A stretch of 64,000 bases of DNA from Nemertoderma westbladi (Eukaryota; Animalia; Xenacoelomorpha), in the NCBI GenBank assembly GCA_032718475.1, contig JAUCBJ010004729.1, positions 1-64,000 of the forward strand. Reading direction: 5' to 3'. Position numbers and translations under genes: made by a program. The notes under the pieces are model-generated. The model was not told the DNA's origin and made no database searches. It saw only the letters and a program-made list of their open reading frames with translations. The first letter of the stretch is position 1; every line of letters starts with the position of its first letter. Positions 39,739 through 53,125 of this stretch are shown in pieces.

Positions 39739-40980
39739 TGTTCACGCTTTCAGACCTTTGGCAGTTTAACCCGCCAAATTAGGATGTCTTCTAGATAATA
39801 AATCGCTTTAGCCTCTAACAAATATTTGATTCACTACACTAGTTGAAACCAATCTGTGCGCGATCATTCACCCGTTGGATATACCCGGGAGATTGATTTC
39901 GACAGCTTAATCTTATTGCTATGTAAGCCTAATGTATTATTCGACTGACAGTATTATATAATCTCTGACAATATTATTCACCTTCGGGGAATATTAACAG
40001 TTCCTTTAGGACGTGGCGCTCTATCTATATAAACAGAGTTATGACTTAAACTACTCACAACGATATGGCTTAGTTATAATTCACATATATGTCGCATTCT
40101 TTAGGAAATGCTTCTTTATCAGTTTCACTCATACACAATGCTGCACAATACTGCACACTAATCTGCCGATCTTCACTGATTTTAGTCACATATAAAAGGA
40201 ACACGGACCGAATCATGTAGGGTCTATCAAATAACATTAGATTCACTTCAAACCACTTTAACATAAGTCACAATCATTATATGTAACCCTTATATGTAAC
40301 TTACCTTCGGTATATCAAGAATATTGGGTTTTCGGGGTTATTTCTCGTTATTCCAATATAATAATTCATCAACAAATATAATGAATAACCGACAGCAAAA
40401 TCAGTAAAGTTAAGGTATAAATGATTTGGTATGGTATGCCGCATTTATGGATGTTATGCAGGTCGATAAAGGATATATGTCCTTATAATTAAGCCTACTA
40501 GTGTAAGGCTAAAGCAGAAAAGCACAAAATACTCTAAAGCCGTTCTTCCTGGCTTAGAATCACTAACAACACTGATAAGAATAACTATAAGAATACCAGC
40601 TACCCTTATTCCACGAAGCTCCCGTTCAACACAGAGAAAGAGCAGTGAGATAGGAAAATTCAGTTCAGTAGCTCTGTGATAGGTCAAAATCAAAGCTAAC
40701 TCAAATTCTATTGGCAGATACAGAAAGCTGCAACGTGGCAATATCAGCCGTTAGCCGTCGTCATGGTAGCGACACTGTTTTCAAGAGTATCGAGCTTTTT
40801 ACGTCATGAAATTGCAGATTATGTCCTCTAAAGTACAAATACAGTTCAAATACAGAAGAAATGACTTTTATGTCCTCTAAAACACCAGTACAGCAAGGAC
40901 ACGGCCTTTTTATGCCTGGCAAACCAACTACAGAGTACTTTAAGGGAAAATAACCGGTTAATGACGCAAAAGCTTTTACA
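39739..40980 (-). repeat. 5' LTR (1242 bp)
   Basis: Differences seen from the other LTR: one substitution (29116 vs 40016) and one short indel block (about 29391 vs about 40291). Confidence 0.93.
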
Positions 40981-42232
40981 CTGAGATAAAGTTTTATAAA
41001 GTTTAAGATACAATTCAAACTTTCCGCTATTTTATATAGTACCATTTTTCTTTGTATGACCATAACTTTCTCAGAAATGAATGAAATTCAACGAAATTTT
41101 TAATCATACCTACGAATATAACAAGTAAAACAACCATGTAGCAATTTTGCTCATACCTTTACCAAGGAGCCTTTCTGATCAAACCGGCTTTATTCAATTG
41201 TAAATTATACTGCTCGAATGCATGTCAAAAAGAGACTAGTTCTACCTTTGTGAAAAGATATGAGAAAGCTCAATTAGATTTCGCTACAAGTTCATAAAAA
41301 ATTTGCCAATTTCCTAAATAGAGGGAAGCTACCCCCCCCCCCCCCCCCCCCCCCCTCTAACAAATTTGGTCTTCTAATCACAATTGTTTTCTTCTATATT
41401 CATACATGTTCCCTGTTCTTACTTGATATTCCTGTGAAGTGCAATGGTGAACTTGGGCGTGCCTCCATTTATTAATCTATTTAGTTGTTTAGCTCGGAAT
41501 CAATCGATTTCATCTGTTCATTCAACATTTTATAAGGGCCATTCCCCTTTGCCTTAAGGATGGTAAGCGTCATGTTGTGGTCTGGAATTCGGTAATGACT
41601 CCAGGCTACAAGGTCAAATCCAGACAAACCAGTATTAAACCGCGCAGTTAGTTCTTTTGCCTTTGTGAGGAACTTATATTAATGCTTTGTAGTGTCAAAG
41701 AGGATACATCGCTTGAACTGCTTCTACAATAATGTATTGCAGCACAGGAGGTTCGAATCAGAGTAAAAGCTGTAGAGATTTCGCACTATTGTGTCCCTAG
41801 GAAAGACACAATAGACGTTAGTGAATTTTCTAACCCATTTCTACAATGGGAACCTGGCTTCTCTTGGTGTAATAGCGTTGGATAGATGTCCATTGTTCAT
41901 CTTTAGAAGTTAGTGTGGCTGCCTTAAAGTGTGACATCAAAAAGAGAGGAGCCTATGGGTTGCCTTTGGTGTTTTACATGGCTTGAAGGGCATTGTATAC
42001 AACATAGGCTGGTTTGTAGCCATAGTTCAGTAAGGCTAGCCAGTTTCCATCAAAGGCAATATGCCAGTCAGCAGCTACCAGTACCAGTACTGGACGTGAC
42101 TGACGTGATCGTTGCTAGTAGGCAGTATTCTCAGTGCGACGGACGGCTGCAACAGACGGGCAGGATCTAACCCGGCTGTCGTGCTATTGGAATAGTTATT
42201 GAGAGAAAATCATATTTTTTTTTATTTTCCAG

Positions 42233-42386
42233 ATCTTTGATGCCTCATTACAAGCTGGTGACGATGAATCCACTGTTGTTCGTATTGAATTGCCATTCTG
42301 TATATCAGTTGGTTGGGTTAAACTTAAGATTGTTGATCCATTCGAAGGACAGAGGTTAAACATTCAACTGTTGGGTTGTGATGGAG
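42233..42386 (+). CDS. Module 2 exon D
   Basis: Copy of 15044-15197; only synonymous changes seen. Confidence 0.87.
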
Positions 42387-42538
42387 GTTGGTTTTTCTTC
42401 ATTAATACCCTTGACTTCTGCCCTTGAACCATTAGGATCACCCCTGTATTACTGTGAACAAATTCTTCGAATTAACCACATTGAAATAATATTGTATTAA
42501 TTTACCTTATTATTTTATCTAATTTATTATAATTGCAG

Positions 42539-42861
42539 ATTGTTTGGTTCCATATCCTAATCTAAGCGACCTCAAGTATTGGCCACCTGGTAAAAAAGAC
42601 ATTGATCCTGATTATGATGGTTGGAATCCTCAGACAAGTTTAATCAACAAATTTAGAGGATTTAATCTTGGTTCCATACAAGACATCAAGGGATTAACCT
42701 TATTATTTAAGGATATGCCACCTGGTGTTGGAAAGTTTTCTTTCAGAGCTGTGTTCTCCAATGGTTCCCCATTAGGTCCCGGAGTTGAACTTACAGAAAG
42801 TGGCTCACTAACTCCAATTACATCTGCAGCTCAATGGATTAATGGAAAGCCGGATTCTAAG
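42539..42861 (+). CDS. Module 2 exon E
   Basis: Copy of 15350-15672; only synonymous changes seen. Confidence 0.87.
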
Positions 42862-43425
42862 GTTAGAATCTTCCATAATAGTGAACCACAATCAGCGATA
42901 TTGTTGCCAAAAAAAGAATTCTTCCAAATAAGTAGTTACTTACTTATCTTAGTTATTTAAAACAAAGTCTTTGCTATTTTTCCCAGTTATAAAAAGTAAT
43001 AAATGTCTTTTTGTCCAGTTTCGGCAATTTAAATTAAATTTATTAAAGTTTGAAAATTTATTGTATAAAATTATTTTCCATTTTTTTTATTTTCCATATA
43101 GAGAACCACATATCAGCAATATTAGAACTGTCAACTTGTAAAATAAAGAACACTTTAAAATACATAGTTTCTTAGTTGTGTTAGGTGGGGTGGGGTGGTT
43201 AGTTTACTGAAGTGTAAAGGAAACCAGTTGACCATATCAAATGAGAGCGACAAATCGTTTGCCTCGAAGTATTGATATGTTCATGGAAATGCAGATGAAA
43301 GAAGATCAAAGTAAATCTCCATTATTTTTGAGAATCGTAGTCATTTCGGTCATTATATTCCAAATGTCAATACACTAAATTTAAATATCACAGCACTGAT
43401 AACATCTGATATTCTATTGCTTTAG

Positions 43426-43585
43426 ATTCACACCACTGAATTGTATGCAATTGGTACTCCTTCTTTTGCAATGGAATTCCAAGATGATGTTATTTTCCCA
43501 TATTCATGGGTGACAATCATAGCTGATGACTGGTCTCCCAATAACCTTCATATATCTGCTATGGTAACTGGTCGCTGCCCTATTG
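43426..43585 (+). CDS. Module 2 exon F
   Basis: Copy of 16239-16398; G|GTAAGT donor. Confidence 0.87.
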
Positions 43586-43667
43586 GTAAGTAAAATACAA
43601 ACACTAATCACTAATCACTAATCACACGAATCTATTTACATGTTTATGATGTTGTATAGTGTACACA

Positions 43668-46046
43668 TCTATATCTAAAGATCAAATTGTTTATGTATGT
43701 TTGTATGTATGTATGTTTGTTTGTTCCTCGATCTCCTCCTAAACTACAGTCTCTCGCGATATGGGGAATGTTCCGTTGGATTCAACGTGGTCCTGGGCTC
43801 TGTATAAAATAATTTTCACCGCCATGCAGTGAATATTTTCGGTACATTTAGTACTTTTTCGATCTTGTACAAATACCGGGGAGGGGGTCATATTCACCCC
43901 CCCCCCCCCCCCCCCCCCCTCTAAAATCTATTAATTTTAACGAAAACGTCTGATTTCTTGTTTGTACGGAGATTTCACTAGTCTGAATCCGTCAAATAAT
44001 TTTTATTTTGCAGCACCAAAATTACAAAGTAGTGAATAATTTTCATAAAATTTGAAAGTTACAATTTTCGGCTAATTGTTTTGTTTTTCAATACTAGTTT
44101 TCTGGTGCGTAAAATCCATTGGAAAATATTTAAAAATAATCTGATTAGTATAAATGGCTGTTTTAGTCCTCTAAGTAGGCAATAAATGAAAAAAAGAAGT
44201 AACCAGCACTTTCAGTTTGAACACAACATTTTGAATTCACTTATACGATGCTACAAATTCACATATTTTAGGTTTTCTGGGGCGCTGATTCTAATGGAAT
44301 ACATTTGAAATTTGCCAGATCATTGCTACTCGTATTTTTCGGCGTAATATGGTAAATTTTGGTGCTAGCACTAAATTTCATACCCAGCACCAAAAAGAAC
44401 AAGTTTGAGATGTCCAGTGGGGATTTTATTGATTCCATCGCATTCCGGACCCTCATAAACCCGTATAACGCAAGAAACAAGATGGTACTATCTATTGATT
44501 AATTTGCCTATTTTCAAAAACTTGGTTCTGGCAGAACAATTTTCCGGTGCAAAAGCAAGTTTGAAAACTCTTATGCAATTTTTACTTATTCCATTGAATT
44601 CAGAACCCTCACAAACCCGTATAACGTAAGAAACAAGGTGACACAATCAATTGATATAATTGATGGTTTTCAAAAAATTGGTGCTAGCACCAAATTTTAC
44701 ACCCACTTCAGAAAAGTACAAGTTTGAGATGTCTAGTTAGATAATTATTCATTCCATTGAATTCAAAACCGCCATAAACCTCTAAAACGCGAGAAATACG
44801 TTGTCACAAGCAATTGAACTATTGAATGGATTTTCAAAATTTCGTGCTGGCACCAAATTTTGCACACAGCCAACTAAATTAATACTTCGATTGCAGTTGG
44901 TCCAAAATGCAGCTGCTCGTCTCTTAGTTGGAGTAAAATAACGGGACCACATCACTCCGGTGCTGATGGACCTTTACTGGCTTCCAATTCATCGCAGCAT
45001 TGAATTCAAAATTGCATTATTAACACACAAATGCATTCATCGCGTAGCCCCTGCGCATCTATGCAATTTCTTGGTGCCTTATATACCACCACGTCAGCTA
45101 GATCGAGTGACCAGGGACTTTTGAATATCCCACGATTTCGCCTAGAGACGTACGGGAGACGTGCATTTTCGACCCGCTCCTACAGTGTGGAACTCAGGAT
45201 CCCACAGGATGTCCGCGACGCCTCTACATTGGGGTCATTCAAATCAAAACTTAAAACCTATTTGTGTCGTGCTGAATTCGGAGGACAGGGCAATTAACTA
45301 TTTGTGTTTTAATATTATGCATTATGTATAATTTTAATTTTTTACTTCATCTGTTTTCCTGCTTTCCTTTTAACTCATGACTCCTTCTATCGTTTTACTT
45401 AAATTTCTATCATTTATTTCAACATATTTTATTTATTTCAACAGTAGTTATTGCATTTTTAATTGGGATGTATTACATGACTTCGCACACCTACATGCTA
45501 ACTGAATTGAGTGAAAAATACTTACACTAGTTCGACCCGTCTGTTTGCAAGGAAAGGGACATCTATTCCTTATATGATGTCGACATACAATCAAAGTATG
45601 CTCATTTATCTAATAATTTCCGGTATCAATTAAAGAGGGGTCACTAATTCCAAGAATAATATTTCTTCAAATCTTTATCATATTGCTTGAAATTTGAAAC
45701 ACAACTAGTTCAACTCACCCTAAATCCAATGAAACCCAATGAATCCGGAATATTCGATACAGCCTCTAAATTTTTCGCCATTCTTCACATTAGTCGTGAT
45801 TTATTTATATCATTAGAAAGCTTGCGTTACAGGATTCCAAACAATTTCTGAATTTCGTTGAGAAACAGCTGAGGTATCAAATGCGTTCAAATGTTGCTAG
45901 AATTCTCATTCGCTTGAGGACATTTATTCTATTTAATAAATATACCATTCAGAATCGATAAGGAATACACTGCCTGATGACCGCTCTCTAACACCCATGC
46001 ATATTCATGAAGTATAGCAGGCTATCTGTAATAATGCATTAACTAG
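43668..46046 (+). mobile_element. Possible non-autonomous Helitron-like element
   Basis: Starts A|TCTATATCTAAAG followed by a (GTAT/GTTT)n microsatellite, contains about 160-bp tandem repeats (44360-44860) and ends CTAG|T; the 3' hairpin is weak. Confidence 0.4.
44886..45280 (+). mobile_element. 3' fragment of an L2/CR1-group LINE
   Basis: Translates LQLVQNAAARLLVGVK*RDHITPVLMDLYWLPI...IEFKI and later YGRRAFS...FKSKLKTYL, the typical ORF2 C-terminus, with a stop and frameshifts. Confidence 0.8.
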
Positions 46047-46653
46047 TAGATAATAGCCAATGTAATAGTAATATAATAGTAATAGTAATAGTTAATAGTA
46101 ATATATGAAGTACTGGAATCTATCCATTTACATAGGAAGTATGTAAGACTTGGCCTGAGTCATTATAAAGCCTAAACCAATAAAGAAAACAATATTAAAT
46201 AAGATGGATGATTGGTAATACCAATCATCCATCTTATTTATTGTAAACAATATCAAACATACCAATTTGGTATGTTTGATGATATGTTATCTAACACCGG
46301 AATCAATGGTTTCTTTAAGTTATTTTGTTTTAATCACAAATCAGTTCTTTCCCTAGCGTATAGCATGTAATGTAAATGTCTGAGAAAAGCAACTCGCTGA
46401 CAACAATTAATAGCCGATAGCTATTTATGTAGAAAAAATTAAACTGAAAACTGTGCTCTTATTCTCGTTTTTTGTTTTGGTTAGAATACTCTACAACTGA
46501 ACCTACTCCTTTCCCATTACCATTACGTTAGTATCTGTTATTGACAGTGGTTGTCGACTGCCTGTTGTTGGCTGTTGTTCATATTGAAGTTTAATCAATA
46601 TACTCCAAAAACTGCTCAACTATAAACTAATAATTATATTTCCCTTAATTTAG

Positions 46654-49600
46654 TTACAACTGGTCCGCCACCAACTACTGGTACCGCTCCACCTCCACCT
46701 CCTTCGACAACTACTGGACCTACAACAACTGTGGGTCCACCTACAACACCTGGAACAACAACAGCACCTCCACCCACAACACCCGGACCAACAACAGCAC
46801 CACCACCAACAACAACACCCGGACCAACAACAGCACCTCCACCCACAACACCCGGACCAACAACAGCACCTCCACCCACAACAACACCCGGCCCAACAAC
46901 AGCACCACCACCAACAACAACACCCGGACCAACAACAGCACCTCCACCCACAACGCCCGGACCAACAACAGCGCCTCCACCCACAACAACACCCGGACCA
47001 ACAACAGCACCACCACCCACAACAACACCCGGACCAACAACAGCACCTCCACCCACAACACCCGGACCAACAACAGCACCTCCACCCACAACAACACCCG
47101 GACCAACAACAGCAGCTCCACCAACAACACCCGGACCAACAACAGCGCCTCCACCCACAACAACACCCGGACCAACAACAGCACCACCACCAACAACAAC
47201 ACCCGGACCAACAACAGCACCTCCACCCACAACACCCGGACCAACAACAGCACCTCCACCCACAACAACACCCGGACCAACAACAGCGCCTCCACCCACA
47301 ACAACACCCGGACCAACAACAGCACCACCACCCACAACTACCCCCGGACCAACAACAGCACCTCCACCCACAACGCCTGGACCAACAACAGCTCCTCCAC
47401 CCACAACAACACCCGGACCAACAACAGCACCACCACCCACAACAACACCCGGACCAACAACAGCACCTCCACCCACAACACCCGGACCAACAACAGCACC
47501 TCCACCCACAACAACACCCGGACCAACAACAGCAGCTCCACCAACAACACCCGGACCAACAACAGCACCTCCACCCACAACACCCGGACCAACAACAGCA
47601 CCTCCACCCACAACAACACCCGGACCAACAACAGCGCCTCCACCCACAACAACACCCGGACCAACAACAGCACCACCACCCACAACAACCCCCGGACCAA
47701 CAACAGCACCTCCACCCACAACACCTGGACCATCAACAGCACCACCACCCACAACAACACCCGGACCAACAACAGCACCACCACCAACAACAACACCCGG
47801 ACCAACAACAGCACCACCACCCACAACAACACCCGGACCAACAACAGCACCTCCACCCACAACAACACCCGGACCAACAACAGCACCTCCCCCCTCAACA
47901 CCCGGACCAACAACAGCACCTCCACCCACAACAACACCTGGACCATCAACAGCACCTCCACCCACAACAACACCCGGACCAACAACAGCACCTCCCCCCT
48001 CAACACCCGGACCAACAACAGCACCTCCACCCACAACAACACCTGGACCATCAACAGCACCTCCACCCACAACAACACCCGGACCAACAACAGCACCTCC
48101 ACCCACAACACCCGGACCAACAACAGCACCTCCACCCACAACAACACCCGGACCAACAACAGCAGCTCCACCAACAACACCCGGACCAACAACAGCGCCT
48201 CCACCCACAACAACACCCGGACCAACAACAGCACCACCACCAACAACAACACCCGGACCAACAACAGCACCTCCACCCACAACACCCGGACCAACAACAG
48301 CACCTCCACCCACAACAACACCCGGACCAACAACAGCGCCTCCACCCACAACAACACCCGGACCAACAACAGCACCACCACCCACAACAACCCCCGGACC
48401 AACAACAGCACCTCCACCCACAACACCTGGACCATCAACAGCACCACCACCCACAACAACACCCGGACCAACAACAGCACCACCACCAACAACAACACCC
48501 GGACCAACAACAGCACCACCACCCACAACAACACCCGGACCAACAACAGCACCTCCACCCACAACAACACCCGGACCAACAACAGCACCTCCCCCCTCAA
48601 CACCCGGACCAACAACAGCACCTCCACCCACAACAACACCTGGACCATCAACAGCACCTCCACCCACAACAACACCCGGACCAACAACAGCACCTCCCCC
48701 CTCAACACCCGGACCAACAACAGCACCTCCACCCACAACAACACCTGGACCATCAACAGCACCTCCACCCACAACAACACCCGGACCAACAACAGCACCT
48801 CCTCCCACAACACCCGGACCAACAACAGCACCTCCACCCACAACAACACCCGGACCAACAACAGCACCACCACCAACAACAACACCCGGACCAACAACAG
48901 CACCACCACCCACAACAACACCCGGACCAACAACAGCACCTCCACCCACAACAACACCCGGACCAACAACAGCACCTCCACCCACAACACCCGGACCAAC
49001 AACAGCACCTCCACCCACAACAACACCCGGACCAACAACAGCACCACCACCAACAACAACATCCGGACCAACAACAGCACCCCCACCCACAACACCCGGA
49101 CCAACAACAGCACCTCCGCCCACAACAACACCCGGACCAACAACAGCACCTCCACCCACAACACCCGGACCAACAACAGCACCTCCACCCACAACAACAC
49201 CCGGACCAACAACAGCACCACCACCCACAACAACACCCGGACCAACAACATCACCTCCACCCACAACACCCGGACCAACAACAGCACCTCCACCCACAAC
49301 AACACCCGGACCAACAACAGCACCTCCACCCACAACACCCGGACCAACAACAGCACCTCCACCCACAACAACACCCGGACCAACAACAGCACCACCACCA
49401 ACAACAACACCCGGACCAACAACAGCACTACCACCCACAACAACACCCGGACAAACAACTGCACTTCCACCCACAACAACACCCGGACCAACAACAGCAC
49501 CACCATCCACAACAACACCCGGACCAACAACAGCACCACCACCAACAACAACACCCGGACCAACAACAGCACCACCACCCACAGCAACACCCGGACCAAC

Positions 49601-50850
49601 AACAGCACTTCCACACACAACAACACCCGAACCAACAACAGCACCACCACCAACAACAACACCCGGACCAACAACAACACCACCACCAACAACAACACCC
49701 CGACCAACAACAGCACCTCCACCCACAACACCCGGACCAACAACATCACCTCCACCCACAACACCCGGACCAACAACAGCACCTCCACCCACAACAACAC
49801 CCGGACCAACAACAGCACCTCCACCCACAACACCCGGACCAACAACAGCACCTCCACCCACAACAACACCCGGACCAACAACAGCACCACCACCAACAAC
49901 AACACCCGGACCAACAACAGCACCACCACCCACAACAACACCCGGACAAACAACAGCACCTCCACCCACAACACCCGGACCAACAACAGCACCACCACCA
50001 ACAACAACACCCGGACCAACAACAGCACCACCACCCACAACAACACCCGGACCAACAACAGCACTTCCACACACAACAACACCCGAACCAACAACAGCAC
50101 CACCACCAACAACAACACCCGGACCAACAACAACACCACCACCAACAACAACACCCGGACCAACAACAGCACCACCACCCACAACAACACCCGGACAAAC
50201 AACAGCACCTCCACCCACAACACCCGGACCAACAACAGCACCACCACCAACAACAACACCCGGACCAACAACAGCACCACCACCCACAACAACACCCGGA
50301 CCAACAACAGCACTTCCACCCACAACAACACCCGGACCAACAACAGCACCTCCACCCACAACACCCGGACCAACAACAGCACCACCACCAACAACAACAC
50401 CCGGACCAACAACAGCACCACCACCCACAACAACACCCGGACCAACAACAGCACTTCCACCCACAACAACACCCGGACCAACAACAGCACCTCCACCCAC
50501 AACACCCGGACCAACAACAGCACCACCACCAACAACAACACCCGGACCAACAACAGCGCCTCCACCAACAACAACACCAGTACCATCAACAGCACCTCCA
50601 CCCACAACAACACCCGGACCAACAACAGCACCTCCACCCACAACAACACCCGGACCATCAACAGCACCTCCACCCACAACAGCACCACCACCCACAACAA
50701 CACCAGGACCATCAACAGCACCTCCACCCACAACAACACCTGGACCAACAACAGCACCTCCACCCACAACAACACCTGGACCAACAACGGCTCCACCCAC
50801 AACAACGCCAGGATCCACCCCAACACTGCCGCCAACAACTGCACCACCAC
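46654..50850 (+). CDS. Mucin PTS giant exon 3 (1399 codons, PGPTTAPPPTT[T] repeats)
   Basis: tttcccttaatttag| ... C|GTTAGT; 4197 nt, phase 1-1; ORF 46731..50855. Confidence 0.9.
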
Positions 50851-51264
50851 GTTAGTAGTAATACTTATATAATTTTAAATTTTACTGTTAATTATTTGGG
50901 AGATAGAGAAAGAATATAATTAAATAATAATACAAAGGTACAATGATTAAATATTAAATTGCAAAGTGTTTATTTTGCTAAAGAAAAGGTATGAAAGTAA
51001 AAATGGTTGTTAAGTTTCATAAGAGTATATTTGAGATTTTATAGAGTGTCAATATTTCGATGCTACATTAAAAATCAGGATTGCATTGGAGAGATATGCT
51101 TCTGTAAATTACAGTTGTGGTACCATTATTATTCAAGATTCGATGCGCTTAAATCACACTTCACTATTCTGTAATAAACCATTAGAGTTGTAAATTGGGG
51201 AAACAATAATATAGGAACATATTTTAATGTATCCAACGAATTTATGATTTTATAAGTTAAGTAC

Positions 51265-51685
51265 TGATACTACCACCTTAACTTAACCTCACCTGTGTTT
51301 GTAAGTAATGATACTACCACCTTAACTTAACCTCACCTGTGTTTGTAAGTAATGATACTACCACCTTAGCTTAACTTAACCTCACCTGTCTTTGTAAGTA
51401 ATGATACTACCACCTTAACTTATCTTAACCTCACCTGTCTTTGTAAGTAATGATACTACCACATTAACTTAACTTAACCTCACCTGTGTTTGTAAGTAAT
51501 GATACTACCACCTTAACTTAACCTCACCTGTGTTTGTAAGTAATGATACTACCACATTAACTTAACTTAACCTCACCTGTGTTTGTAAGTAATGATACTA
51601 CCACCTTAACTTAACCTCACCTGTCTTTGTAAGTAATGATACTACCACCTTAACTTAACTTAACCTCACCTGTCTCACCTGTCTT
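51265..51685. repeat. 44/49-bp minisatellite, about 9 copies
   Basis: Unit TGATACTACCACCTTAAC(TTAAC)TTAACCTCACCTGTGTTTGTAAGTAA. Confidence 0.92.
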
Positions 51686-51808
51686 TGCTCTCGGTAGTTG
51701 TAATAATTTTAAAATTTATATTAAATTAATTTTATTTCTTTGTATGTACTAAATTTATCCTTTTTGAAATAAATAAAATCACATGATTCATTAAAATACA
51801 TTTTCCAG

Positions 51809-52185
51809 CTCCCCCATCTACAGCAACACCAACAACAACAACAAGCAGATGCGATCCATGTCCAGATGAGTGCTCGGATCCTCTCACCATTATGGAAGGT
51901 GTTACAGCCAACAATACTGTTGTATTCGACGTTGGGAGTGTAATTGGTGAAATAACAGAAGGTGATGCGGGTCTCAAACTCTACCTCGCTGACCATCCAG
52001 ACAAGTGCAGTTCAGTTGGATGTCTCGATGTTGAATTAATAATTGGCGGTGATTCATTCACCTTCAGCATCGTTTTCAAACTAACTGACGGCACTGAATA
52101 TGTATTAACTGAGGATGATGTACTACGTGATGCCTTCGATATTGCCATTGATCGGGTCCAGAATATTGCTGGAAGTAATATTAAG
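51809..52185 (+). CDS. Module 3 exon A-a (diverged domain A)
   Basis: ttttccag| ... AAG|GTAAGA, phase 1-0; PPPSTATPTTTTSRCDPCPDECSDP...AGSNIK. Confidence 0.83.
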
Positions 52186-52740
52186 GTAAGAGTGTGGTGA
52201 AGGTATTGAAGTTCACTATTTTTTCTCATTAGTTTTAGTTTGTGTCACTAACATACAAAGCAAAATGATAATTTGGTATATATGTGTATTATGTACGATG
52301 CAATTAATCTTTGAAACACTTTAACAAGCTCACCCATACAGCCAACAGTCGACACTCTCGCATCCTTTAATTTACCAATATTAGGGTAAGTTTTAATTGC
52401 AGTCAAGAATTATAATAAGTGATACCTGTACCAGTATAGTAAAAGTGATTGCGTAAAGTAAAACCGCAAGCACTTACTTAGCTAGCATAACGTAAAAAGG
52501 CAAGCACTTACTTAGCTAGCATAACGTAAAAACGCAAGCACTTACTTAGCTGTTGTTTATTCATTAACGTTGCCTCCTTGTAAATGATAGAATTCTAGGC
52601 ACAACAGCCAACATTATCTATTTAATTGCATGGTAAGCTACAGGGATGCCCAGACCCCCACGCTTTTGGTCTGCTTTTTGGTGCCATTCCTTTGTGTTAT
52701 CACTTAGCCTCTCGCGCAACAGCTTTTCCCCCAACCGCAG

Positions 52741-52949
52741 CAGTCCACGCAATCTCTCGCCCACCAGCTGTTCACCGAGGCAGTGCATGCAACCTCTCGC
52801 ACACCAGCTGTTTACCGATGCAGTGCATGCAACCTCTCGCCCACCAGCTGTTCACCGAGGCAGTGCATGCAACCTCTCGCCCACCAGGTGTTTACCGCAG
52901 CAGTGCATTCAATCTCTCCCCCACCAGCTGTTTACCGAAGCAGTGCATG
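52741..52949. repeat. 40-bp minisatellite, about 5 copies
   Basis: Unit CAGTGCATGCAACCTCTCGCCCACCAGCTGTTYACCGAGG. Confidence 0.88.
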
Positions 52950-52992
52950 AAATTTTTTTTTAATTTTAATTTAATATTTTTCCTATTACTAG

Positions 52993-53125
52993 ATGTTCAC
53001 AGTAGATTATGAATGCACCAAGGTTCCTTTACCAATGGTGGTCGACAATGTTGAGGAGATTGTTATAATATCGCATACACCTATCACATCATTAATACAA
53101 GTCTCCATCAATGGATGTTACAAAG
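52993..53125 (+). CDS. Module 3 exon A-b
   Basis: ttactag| ... G|GTAAGG, phase 0-1; MFTVDYECTKVPLPMVVDNVEEIVIISHT...SINGCYK aligns with KLPEFAENVKEVKLVSKT...RLYGC of exon A. Confidence 0.8.

Larger units (their letters stand above)
28839..40980 (-). mobile_element. BEL/Pao LTR retrotransposon, non-autonomous, 12.1 kb, in the module 2 C-D intron
   Basis: TG...CA LTRs at 28839-30076 and 39739-40980; 5-bp TSD CTGAG (28834-28838 and 40981-40985); short purine tract GGGAGCGG next to the 3' LTR on the minus strand; empty paralogous site near 14199-14203. Confidence 0.93.

Noticed and set aside
51265-51685. Regularly spaced repeats resembling a CRISPR array
   Set aside because: No unique spacers, no cas genes and a eukaryotic intron context; it is a minisatellite.
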